From Trichoplax adhaerens (taxonomy: Eukaryota; Animalia; Placozoa): a stretch of DNA of 64,000 nt. Numbering within the stretch: position 1 is the first letter of the stretch; every line of letters begins with the position of its first letter. Under the pieces are notes generated by a model. It was not told where the DNA came from, did no database searches, and saw only the letters and a list, made by a program, of their open reading frames with translations. The stretch is taken from contig NW_002060949.1 of assembly GCF_000150275.1 (NCBI RefSeq), positions 2,911,836 through 2,975,835 on the forward strand, in the 5' to 3' direction. Positions 25,686-38,100 of the stretch are shown piece after piece. A program made the translations under genes and the position numbers.

Positions 25686-28600
25686 ATGCCAGCAAAGAGA
25701 TCCACAGCCTCGAAAGAGATTTCACGTCGAAAAATTTCAGCCAAAATGCCCATCAGCAGCAGTAGCAGCAGCAGGAAACGCAAAAATAAAACTCCCTTGG
25801 ATACTCAATCAAAAAGGCAAAAAGGTAAACCTTGACAGTTGCTGCTCTTCTCTTGGACTACGGCGGGAATTTTAGAATTTCAATTACTTTAGACATGATC
25901 GACTTTTCTGTAGCCAGTAAAAAACGAAAGCAGTTGACGACTAGGAATGAGTAAATCCCCGATCGATGCCAGTCCAATCAGAGTATAGTAGGGTTTGGTT
26001 AGTAATAATTGACGCATTATGATGAACGCAATAGTCTGTAGATACACTCATATTTGAATTGGAGCAATCCAGATGAACTGCAGGTGTAGTTAAAGGACAC
26101 CAGCTACTGCAAGGATTTCAACACGGTATTGGTGTTCCTTATACGACTACAAATATGCAGTACTTCAATATACTGGATTACCCATACTGTTGAACAGTAA
26201 TTGATTTTCCTAAAGCAAGTTACGGTCCATGTTTCTCCTTGAGTAACGCTGTTACTGTCCCAGTATAATCAGTTTAATAAGTTAACCATATTTCTCGCTC
26301 AGTTTAACTGAGTTGTACTTAGTAAATAACTGCTAATAATTCGCAAGAAGAGTAAACCTTCACTCTATGGTACTCTATGAATTATAGTTTAATTATACAG
26401 TACTAGACGTTGCGATAGATGATAGTTGAAGTGTTTGTATAAAATGGATAACGGTATCATAGCTAGATTAAATATTGCATACACCTAATTTGCATAATAT
26501 AAAGTAAAGAAAAAGTGCAAGTGTGGAAAATGCTAATTCTTTTTGACCTGTTTAAAGTAAGGCAAAGACTATTGAGTTCAATGCAAAGTTAACTGATTTA
26601 TTCATTTATAATATAAATTGCGGTCATCGTTTAGCTCGGCTTTCATTGGCTTCCGATGAAGCCGGGATAGTACTTGTATTGGGACAAGGGGAGCTTGGCC
26701 AGTTAGGATTGGGAGAAGAGATTTTAGAACGTAGCAGACCGACGGCTGTTAAGAAACTCCTTGAAGTAGAATTTATTCAAGTTGCATGTGGTGGTGTTCA
26801 TACTGTTGCCTTGACTAAAGCTGGCGAGGTAGGAAGAGAAAATTTGTGAGTGTACTTGGATTAAACTGAAATGACTATTCTAAATTTTTTAAAAGCAAAG
26901 ATATTTAACTAATGATTAGGCTGTATATCTAAATTCTCCTTTTGGGTCAGCACGGTAGATCCACAGCATATGCATTACTGTATTATTAGATTTATTTTAA
27001 TTTCTTAGCGTTGTGTACTTGCCTATCAGGCTAAGTTGTGGTATCAGAATTAACGGTCAGCTTTGTACAACATCCTATATTACACTGTATTTTTATATTT
27101 TCGAAGCTTAAGTTCTGCTGAGATGTTCGCGAGATTACTATTGTATACAGTACTCTAATGCTTGAATAATGGCTATTATATACCTGGGTTAACACCTTTC
27201 TACATTGTTTGAGAATGCTTAAATAGAAGTTAAATTAATTCAGTGATTTGTATCAAACAATGTACTCGTATAATGATTATTGTAGCCGTGTTCGTAGCGT
27301 TTAGACTATAAAAAGCTCAGAAACGCAATTTACCCACTAGGTTTAAAGTATATATTAGCTAGCAGTAAGAAATACTTTTGTAAAACAGTTTAAGAATTAG
27401 TGTTTGCAATAATATATACCAAAATACCAAGAAACATCCAAAGCCTATTGCTGAATTGTATGTATCATTATTATGCATTGGTATCGTGTTCTTTAATACA
27501 TAATCGATCTTCAGGGATCGGTAATATCGAAGGCGAAATGCCTGGATATAAATCTATCTTACTATTAGAAAATTATTTCGTCTTTACTTTTTAGAGGCGT
27601 ACAGTACTTAGATAGGCTTATTAGTTGCATAGCTGTATACCGTATTGCAATTTACTGGTGGTTTGCTAAAAGTTATAATTATTAACTGATCCTATAGATA
27701 TATACGTGGGGCTGTAATGATGAATGTGCCTTAGGTCGCGATACTTCTGATACAAGTGAGGCAGAATATTTGCCTGGGCTAGTTGATGGTCTCGATAATG
27801 TAAAGATTATCCAAGTTTCAGCCGGTGATAATCACACCGCTGCCTTAGCCGATGATGGTCGCGTTTTCTGCTGGGGAAATTTCTGGGTACATGACATTTT
27901 TTCGTAGAATGCTTCAAGGATGTAGTACTGTAATGCAAACCAACTAAAATTTTTTATGTATCTATATTAGGATAATCGGGGGTCTATAGGACTGAACCTT
28001 GCCGGTAAACAACCTCGGCCCATTGTTATGTTAGGAGATCCGAATGACCCAGTGATAAAGATTGGATCTGGAAATAATCATGTCGCTGCGTTGACTGCCA
28101 ACGGACTTATCTTTACATGGGGTTGTGGCGAGCAAGGTCAGTTAGGGAGAGTCGCAGAGAGATTTTGTAGTCGCGATACACGCCAAGGACTTAAACGCTT
28201 CTTGCAGCCGGCAGTTGCTCGTGTTACGCAAAGGAGCAAAAAAGATATAAGGTTTAGCGATATTTTTGTTGGCCCTTATAACTTATTTGCCGTAAATGCA
28301 GCAGGCGAAGTTTTTGCTTGTGGTTTAAATAATTATGGTCAAATCGGTAACGGTAACATCACTAGTTTATATTATTTGGCGAAAATTGATAGTTTATCGG
28401 CTCTAAATGATGGCAATGATGAACGACAGATTCTTATTGCCTCCGGTGAGCATCATACCTTAATTCTCGCCCGCAATGGTCGTGTTTATAGCATAGGTAG
28501 AGGTGATTATGGACGCTTAGGGCTTGGTCCTGATGTTAAAGAATGCTCTCATCCCACTGAGATCGAAACTTTAGCAAATTCAGATATAAAAGCTGTTACC

Positions 28601-28798
28601 TGTGGCTTAGCAGTGTCTTTTGCCGTCTCCAATTCAGGCGATGTCTATTCCTGGGGCATGGGTACCAATTTGCAACTAGGTAGTAGCACCGACGATGATA
28701 TATTAACACCAACCTTGGTAAAAACGAAAGAAAGTTATAATTTCTTTGCGGCTTCTGCCGGTGGTCAACACACTGCCATCTTGGGTAAAAAGAAATAG
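25686..28798 (+). CDS. RCC1: Regulator of chromosome condensation RCC1 (Ran GEF), ~449 aa
   Basis: Exons 25686-25824, 26635-26828, 27698-27886 and 27971-28798 are in frame (1350 nt). A basic N-terminal tail/NLS is followed by RCC1 repeats: [77 protein letters not shown]. Confidence 0.92.
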
Positions 28799-30929
28799 CT
28801 TGAGGTCTAATTTAGTGTTTGTAATTGACTAGCATATATTTAATCGTAACGTAGGAAATTTTGTATATATATTTACGTATATATATACATCTATATAAAG
28901 ATTTGGATAGTGCGTTATTCGGTACCTTTTTATGGAAACCGTGCTAGGTTCCAGTTATTTCCGTAGCACTGATCGTTTGATTATGACCGTGCAAATTCTA
29001 ATTATATAATCATTGAGTAATTTCCTTCAATGCGCATTATATTATATCTTGTAGGTCATGAATAATTGCAAAGCAGGGTTATTGCAGTCTCTTAATGATA
29101 TATTTACGAGTCTTAGTAAATTAATTTTTATAAAAATCTCTCGAGGTACGGTTGTACAACTTGTATTAGGATGCATTCATGAAATAGTGATTGGCCGTTA
29201 TGGCAATGACTGTACTGAGAAAACAGATCATTAATATAATAGCATATATAGAGCAATTTAGCTTTCCTTCCTTGGCATCTTTGGTTTAAGATGAGACCAG
29301 AATTGTATTTTAATGGTGGAACGATATTATGGGAGATGGATGTTAAAAAATGACTAAAGTATCAACATAGTGCTTGAAAATATGTCAGTAGTGTAGTTTA
29401 CCGCCCGCTTAAGGTTACGAGGATATGCTACTTCGCTCTATTGCATGTCTGTGCTTTATGCGGAATATTCTATTTTATATATGTAAAACACGATTATCAC
29501 TTTATGTTTGTACTGTACTGTATATGTTATAATCAATAAAAGAATTATACGTACAAACGTTATTTCGATCTCCGGCTTGCAAGTTTGTCAATTATAACTT
29601 CATTTACTTGATTTAATATGGTAGCGAGAGTGAACTAAAGTGCAATTGATCGCCAATTAAAATTATTCGCATACCCCCAACTGTATTATAATGTGGAGTT
29701 TATAATACAGTGTACGAGTATATGTTGTATTCCGACAGCTATTCTAATGTGCATCACTATACAGTATTATACTTTATTTAGCTGCGCAAGTTATATTTGT
29801 ATTTATATGAGCTACTCTTTAATCATACACTAATAATTAGTTTATGATTTCACTTTATTTACCTTAAAAAGTTTCAGACTATTTTGGACAAGGTTTAAAA
29901 TAGATAGGTTATATACTGTGATGCAATGTGGCTACAATACAAGCACAATGTAAACAATGAAGTTTTTTAATCAATCAGTCATTGGTAAGTCACCAACGAT
30001 AGCATGAAAGGAAGCTAGAAATTTTATTTTGCGAATAACAAGGATTTCTTATTTTACCATGCACGGTATACTGTACTTGTCCATATAATTAGTATCATTG
30101 TTCTGATTTGTACGTAAAGGCTCTCAGAACTCCGTTTGATAGATGATAGTACTCTTATAACTAATGATTTTCTAAAGTAATGTGATGGCACTCGCACAGA
30201 AAGGATATCACGCAAAAATGCGTATAACATTATGATATTTGATCGGCTGCTTATATGCGTACAGGTTAATTGATTAACATCCTACTGTGCATGCTGTACT
30301 AGCATGATTGATGATCGTTTAATTAATTTTGATTTCTTCACACGATTGTAATGTTAGCTATTCTTGATAGAGATGACACGATAATTGAAGGTAGATATCG
30401 TTTATTGAAAGTTAGGATTAGGAGGAAGCGACACAGATAAGTTAGCCTCGTGGCATCGTGATTCAAGACAAGTATCTAAGATAAATTAGTTATTAATCTT
30501 GTTTTAATTTAATTTATTGCTTTCTGCAGATTACCATTCATTTAAATGGATGGATAGTTTACTAGTTTTAACTAGACATTTTGCAAACTGACTAGGCATT
30601 ATGCAAAATTGCCGGAATTCTTGCCATAGACGGTGTTCAATCTACCGTAACATTGCTAATGTAGGTTTACCGAGTCAGCGTGTAGGAAGTAGCTCATGAG
30701 GTCACACATAACAACACCCTTCTTTCTTCTAAACTTTAAGAATCACTTTATTATAGTGCTACTTCGATTTATGATCTGTAATATGTTTCAAGTGAACCTT
30801 AAGAACATACTGTACGTCTAGAAACAGGATAGTCTTCTGCACAGTACGTCATAAACAGTTTACGCACATTGTTCGTATTACGTAATCAGCAAAGCGACGG
30901 GAGTTTGCACTAGTAATATTATAATAACT

Positions 30930-31840
30930 ACTAGTACAGTACAGTACAGTACAGTATAGTTGTGGTGTGGATCATAGTCTGCTTTATTTAGGTCTCGCTC
31001 TTCTTCTACTGTACGCATGTACAGTACACATTGTACAGTACAGTACAGTATAACAAGTAGTACAAATTAGCAACAGTACGTTGTGGTATCGTACCGTTTC
31101 ATCGACAGCTATCTTCACCACAACAGTACAGTACTGTACTACCGCTACCAGGTGCCATGAATCTGTTCACTGTTCTCCTCTTGCAATACCAGAGGAAAAT
31201 TAGTTTAGCATAATTTAATTTATTTAATTTAGCTTAATTCATTTACACAACCATTATGGCTTTCTTTTTGGACCAGAAATGAAATGATGTCACAGGCTGT
31301 ACCATGGACTAGTAGGTGTTTAGTAGTAGTCCGTGATACAGTAGACTGTCGTGCTCAGTACAGTACACACAGTAGTCACTACATCTCTTTGTTCAAGTGT
31401 TAGTGATACAGTACTGTACACTGTACACTGTACTGTACTTTTGCTTAACTCCAAGTCGTGTTGACTGCACGACTACAGTACATTACAGTACTGTGTGTAC
31501 AGTATAATAGTATACAGTACTGTACAGTATACTGTATACCATGACCATGATTAGGGAGGGATTTTCTATTAACTATAGTAGTATACAGTACATAATACTA
31601 CATATACCGTATACCATGACCATGATTAGGGATTTTCTATCAACTATAGTAGGATACAGTACATATACCGTATATCATAACCATGATTAGGGATTTTCTA
31701 TCAACTATAGTAGGATACAGTACATATATCGTATACCATGACCATGACGAGAGATTTTCTATTAACCCACAAGAGTGTGACGACGTCATACAGTAGTGTC
31801 ATGCTACTCTGGAACCTCAACAGTGAGTCTACAGTACAGT
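30930..31840. promoter_or_regulatory. TACAG/CTGTA-rich island upstream of the Arf-GEF gene
   Basis: Runs such as TACAGTACAGTACAGTACAG, TACAGTACTGTACACTGTACACTGTACTGTAC and TACAGTACTGTACAGTATACTGTA lie within 1.2 kb of the ATG at 32115. Confidence 0.55.
31534..31766. repeat. 61-bp minisatellite, ~3.6 copies
   Basis: The unit GTATACCATGACCATGATTAGGGATTTTCTATCAACTATAGTAGGATACAGTACATATACC starts at 31534 (with small insertions), 31609, 31670 and 31731 (partial). Confidence 0.92.
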
Positions 31841-32064
31841 CACCAGCTACAATACGATGCACTGTAAATAGCATCGTAAATAGCAGTTTGTACTGTAGCG
31901 AATTAGACGTGTAGGATTATACCGCAATTTGCCGTTATACGTTGTACGCATGAGACATTGTGTTGTGAAGGTCTTTTTCAATGCTGCTTTCACTGGCTGT
32001 ACTACAGTTGCTAACCTAGCCATCCTGGTGATACCCATTGCTTTTTTAGCCCTTAAAGGTGATC

Positions 32065-32097
32065 ATGGCGTTACCATTTGACCAACTTTGTCTTTGA
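32065..32097 (+). other. Candidate 10-codon uORF ([10 protein letters not shown]) ending 17 nt before the Arf-GEF start codon
   Basis: atcATGG is a good initiation context, and TGA is at 32095-32097. It matters only if the transcription start lies upstream of 32065, which is not known. Confidence 0.3.
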
Positions 32098-32114
32098 GTT
32101 TACTTGGAGAAAAT

Positions 32115-35100
32115 ATGCCCCAAGGTAGTAAAACAAAGATTATGTTCCTCACCAGAGCGTTGAAGAAAATTCTTGACGATAAAGAAATACGCAAGAGTTA
32201 TCATGAACAATTACGTAAAGCCTGCGAATCCGCTCTTAGTAAGTAGAAGAAGCATTCAATGGTGCCATTTTATGTGCAATACGTTTGTTCACAACGACAT
32301 ATACACTGATTTCCACTCAATTCGATACTGCATAGAAATAGTACGTTAATTAGAAGGACTATTTCAGCTTAATACTTGGTGACATACCTTATGAAAAGAA
32401 CTGGATAGAATTTCCACAAGAATATTACCCCAGTATTTTGCATGCTAATGGACAGGGCAGTAGCTAGACAATCTGACTCATCAAACTAGAATCGTATAGT
32501 ATCCTGTGGTACAATAGGGCGGCACGTACGTATGACTAACGCCATGGTGCTCACACACTTAAAAATCATTCCATGCAATAACATGTCTTTAGCTTCAATT
32601 ACTTTCTTCAAAGATTGTTATAAAAAGCATCAATACATCGTGTAATGAATGTTATAGTTGATTAGCTACAATTCATGGTTATGTAATGGTCAAATTGATA
32701 TTAACACTGAACCCATAACGGTATGTAAAGTGCTGGACATTATCATGAATAGTTCTTAGTCCAACGATCACCATGTTGAATGAAATTTGAAGTTACTATA
32801 GTAAGTCATGGAAACGATACCAATTGAATTATGTGATGTAGATGACATGAATTTAGGATAATCCAAAATTGATATTTGCTTCAAAGTAATTGCAAGGACT
32901 GTAGTCGAAAAATAGCCTTTGACACTCATGATTGTACTTAAAATGGTCATTTAATGATAACTGATATACTTTGCCCTTACTGTTTACTAGCAAAGGAAAC
33001 ATTCCAAAGAGGTTTTGTGTTTCTAAATCGCTTAATACACTATATACATTTACACAGATACTAATATGGATGCTAACTTCTGCACAGATGATACACAGAC
33101 TAAAAGGGAATGTGGATTACATTGAGTATACGCATACTTAGTAGAAAAGTGTTACTTATTGTGGACATACGCATTAACGGGATAATGTCATTATTAGCTT
33201 TGGAAATTTTCTCCAGCTAACCACTTTATTTTGGCTACTGATTTACTATCATAAGTACGATTTGGTGAAAATTGAATGAAAATTCGACTGGAGTTAAACT
33301 TGCGGTTTGTTGCAATAGCTTAAAACATAAACAACATCACGATTTTCCGGACTTACATTGTCACAATCGTAGATATTCTTAATCTAGTTTACTGGATAGA
33401 TTGTACTATTCAGTGAATGGACGCGGATACGATACGTAGATGTCAGTTTTAAGTGTATTTTTCGATTCCTGTATGTTAAATACTGTGCCTTGGTTTTGCA
33501 TCGATTGAAGTACAGTATTTGGTGCAGATTCGTTACAAGATACAGTAGAGAATAGAATTTATAAGTTTAGGTCTTGCCGAGATGAAAGGTAAGGTCGAAT
33601 CAAGTTGATTAAGTATTTAAGATAGAATTGAAAATTTCTTTTGTGCTGAAGTATTTCACAAGAATCCAAAGCCAATCAAGTTAAGCATGATTTACAGTAT
33701 TAATATTATTATTGTACGCGTTTACGCGGCATTGAAAGTGCCGGAAGGTTGGATAATTACGTGTCGAAACGAGAATCAGCACACTTTAATACCGTTGCGT
33801 GCAAATACATAGAGTATCATACAGGCTACAGCATATTTACATGCTATCATATCTCATTACGATATTTGTTAAATCACTGCAAAATAGCTAGTGGAATATA
33901 AGTAAAAATATATCGCTATCATTTGTGCTATAATTATTGAACTATGTTTATCCATTAGTACTCTACATTAGTATGACTTTGAGTGATCACAATTATAACT
34001 AGTGCAATGTACTACATATAATTAGACTGATCAGCAGCAATAATTTTCTTATTTCTCCAACATACAGTTCATAAACATGTGTGGACAGTATGGTGGGGGG
34101 TTACCTTCAACTATACAGTATATTCCTATGATACATACATACGGGCACATAGTTAATCCAGTAACAATGTTGTTATTTAATATAAGTGTTTTTGTCGTTT
34201 TTAAACGCATTTATAAATTGATTCGGGCTTATGCAACTATTCCTTTAATTAAGTCATTGCAAAGGAGCGTTTAATTTAAATTGTCATTATTAATTATTTG
34301 GATCCCGTTTGATAAAAATCAAGAATTTATTGACAAATCATGCATGTAGTGTAAAATTAGTCAACGACAATACTACTGTTCCTTTTTTCGTTTGAATGAA
34401 TGCTGATGATTTGATACTGTATCATAAAGTTTAAAAATGATTTATATGTAATTATCATGCTGAAATCATCGAAAGTAGTTTTATTTATTTTTATTATAGA
34501 AGAAATTGACGTTAAATATAGTATACTCGTCAGTTACATTGACATCAAGGCAGTAATAAGGTCTGTCCTATTGAAACTGGTATAAGCTATGTTCGACCTG
34601 CCTCTTTTGTCATATGCTAGCCATTAAAATTTTTTTGGGGTGCAATATCAATTTTCATCGATAGGTGCAGATATATACCTTGCTCGACGCAATTGGGACT
34701 GTAAATTCACAACTGTTTTTAATATTTTGTAGTAACTATATTAAAATGGTTCTAATCGGTAAATTTGGTACTGAGAGTTTGCATGCATCTTTTGACCATC
34801 ATAAATTGTTAATTCGCGAATCTATAGATAATTCCATCAAACAATCTTCATCACTGTGTTAAGACGCTACTAGCATATACTGTATGTACCATCATCATAT
34901 ACCATGCCGTTTGGTGTTACCGTATGGCACAGTAAATTTTTCATTTGTGTCCCACCCACAATGGTATAAATGAGTTGTAACTTTATGCATTTAATCAAAT
35001 CGATCTTTTTAGATAGTATTTTCGGTAAATCAGTACTTACTGATGCATCTACTACAGAAAGTGTGCAATGCACTATTTTTATTTTGCTTTGATGCAACAG

Positions 35101-38100
35101 GTCAGCTTTTATAATATTAAATACTTATTCTTGTAGATCAACTCAAAGCAGAAGTAACCAAATCCAATCCAGTGGCCCAAGAGTAAGTAAACACCGTACT
35201 AGTTACTTTGTAAAATTTAAAAGAGACTTTCAGCTGGTGTTATCGTTAGCTTAATGTTTCGTGAGGTAAACGTTAAATTGAAAGTTATTATTGCTTTCTC
35301 ACTATTGAAGTAAATCCTCGACTCTACCGCTACCTAAATCACAAGATCCGGATGTAAATGCTGACGATTATTTTCTGCCGTTCGAATTGGCTTGCAAGTC
35401 GAGATGTTCACGAATCGTAATTGCTTCTTTGGATTGCTTACAGGTTAATTTTAGCTATGTTATGGTCAATCCTCGGGAATAGTCAAGTAAATTGTAGCAT
35501 AGCATGACGTAAAATTTGTCGATACGAATCTCAGTATTTAGATTTAGTGGATATCAAAGTTGTTATTATATATAGACTTGAGTATCTGTTTTGAGATAAA
35601 TCAATATCTACGCACGTTTTTCGATCTAAGTTCAGTACCCAATGATAGTAAATTGTAAACTATAGTAATTTTAATTTCATGATAATGGCAACACAATACT
35701 ATTTATACTAGCATTTAGCACAAGTTTATTATCGCTGTACAGTCCTTGAGAATAAGGCTACAGAATAGAGTTGATTTAAAATTAAAAGTGCCTTATTATT
35801 TATTTTAGAAATTAATAGCCTATGGCCAGCTAACGGGCAATGGACCTGATAAAGCTGAAGATGGAAAGAGAAGATTAATCGATAGAATAATAGAAACGAT
35901 TTGTGAAAGTTTTAATGGAACTCAAACGGATGATGGAGTTCAGTTACAAATCATCAAGGTATAACAATTTGAGATATTTCTTCCCTTTTCTTTTGTGCAA
36001 TGCAGACATTAAATTATTTATTTGTTTACATTTTTATAATTTCATAAATTGAATGCGAAAGTTTGCGATGGTGTTTTAAGTTAATCCAGCTTGTATATTA
36101 TAGTTTTTTTATGAGAATATTATGTTGTACTGACTAGTTTATCCTATATTTTAGGCTCTCTTAACTATAGTTACCTCGACATCTTGTGAAGTACATGAAG
36201 GAACATTATTACAAGCAGTGCGAACATGTTATAATATTTATCTTGCTAGTCGTAACACCATTAATCAAACTACAGCAAAGGCGACGTTAACGCAAATGCT
36301 TAGCGTGATATTTTCCCGAATGGAAGTAAGTAATGTAACTATAACTAATCAATTAAATTTCTCAATTTTATGGACTTAGCAACATGTATTGAATGTCTCC
36401 TGTAGTCACAAGCGGCTGCGGAACAAGCCAGTAGAGATAGTAAGAAAAGAGAAGGCCCTAAAGAAACAACACAATATGCGAATCAAGACGGAAATCGAAG
36501 CAGAACTGATACTGACATCGACATCGACAATGTATCTGTTGTTAGTGAAAATAGCTTAGCTACTTCATCGGATGAAGTTCGTAAAAGCACATCAACCACT
36601 TCAGATACTGTTAGCAAAGAAACAATACAATCAAAAGCGGAAGAAATTCATGAGCAAATATCACAAGCTGCTAATAATGATAAAGCTACGTCGGATGCAG
36701 AGAAGTCGGAGGCTAAACATAATTCATCTACGAGTAGTCACCTTGATGGAATAGCCAATTCGGCTGTATCGTGTAATGATCACGAAGACACTAATAATGA
36801 TAAAGCTGCTAAGGTATCGAATGAGGAGAATGCAGAAACTTCACAAGCAGAACAGCCTGAAGAAGAAGTTAAAGCGGAGGTTGTGACATCGCCCGAAGAT
36901 ACCAGTAACGTTAGCACTGAAAACTCCATTACTAATAATATTCAAGACGGTGTCGCTAATGAGCATTCAGCAGCTGACGCTGCTAGCGAATCTGAAAATA
37001 TCACTAAAACGGTTAACATGAATACATTATTCTAACACTGTAAGTTTTTAGGAATTAATTATTGAATATATAAAATCTTATTTTCATTTAGGACGGTAAT
37101 AATGCAGAGATTCAGGAAGTAGAAAGCGAAACACCAAAGGCTGAAAACAATGAGAACAGTTTGGAAGCAGTTCCTTTGAAAAATAGTGGATCAAGCGATG
37201 AAATACAGTCTGCTACTGGCACTTCTGTAGAAAAGTATATAATAATGCATTGCTGTGGATGATTAAAAATTTTTAATGATATAAATGTCCAAATTGTATA
37301 TCGAAATTATCTTGCTTTTATTAGTGAAACCGAGCAACAGCCAACTGACGAAGCTAATAATGCTGATGAGACAGCAAATGCTACAGGAGACTCAGTATCG
37401 CATGCTAAGTTCTCACATATTCTTCAAAAAGATGCCTTCATTGTTTTTCGTTCTCTTTGCAAATTATCAATGAAACCTTTAGAAGATGGATATACGCCCG
37501 ATTCAAGGCAAATTATAGGAGTTATTAATAATATTTTAGAGTGCTTGTTTTATCGGTAATTGATGCCGGTTCGATCTTCATCTTATCATTATTGCTATCT
37601 TAGATCCCACGAATTGAGATCCAAGGTGCTATCGTTGGAGCTTTTACTTTCGATTTTACAAAATTCGGGTCCAGTGTTTCGAACAAATAAGACATTTATA
37701 GATGCCATCAAACAATATCTTTGCGTTGCCCTGTCGAAGAATGGAGTTTCGTCTGTCCCTTCCGTTTTTGAATTGTCATTGTCAATATTCTTAATCTTAA
37801 TGGAAAAATTTAAAACTCACCTAAAGATGCAGATTGAGGTATCCAATGATCTTGGTATTTCATATCTTTTAGAAGTGTTGCATTTAAGAGTCCTTCTGAT
37901 TCAAATTGTAATCGTCTACTAGGTATTTTTTAAAGAAATTTTTCTCAGTATTCTGGAGACTTCGTCCAGTTCATTTCAACACAAATGGATGGTAATGCAG
38001 GCTCTTACCAAGATTTGTGCTGGTAAGCATTGGACCGTAACCTAATTAACATGCTATATCGTATCTTGTCTATTAATACTTTAACTTGATTTGTTTTAAA

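Noticed and set aside
26200-26295. U17/SNORA73-like motifs (ATTTTCCTA ... TAACCAT) in RCC1 intron 1, tempting because vertebrate U17 lies at the RCC1 locus
   Set aside because: Both motifs mismatch the m1/m2 consensus, the spacing is too long, and there is no closing stem or ACA box.
31534-31766. Regularly spaced repeats resembling a CRISPR array
   Set aside because: The whole unit repeats with no unique spacers, the context is eukaryotic, and there are no cas genes.
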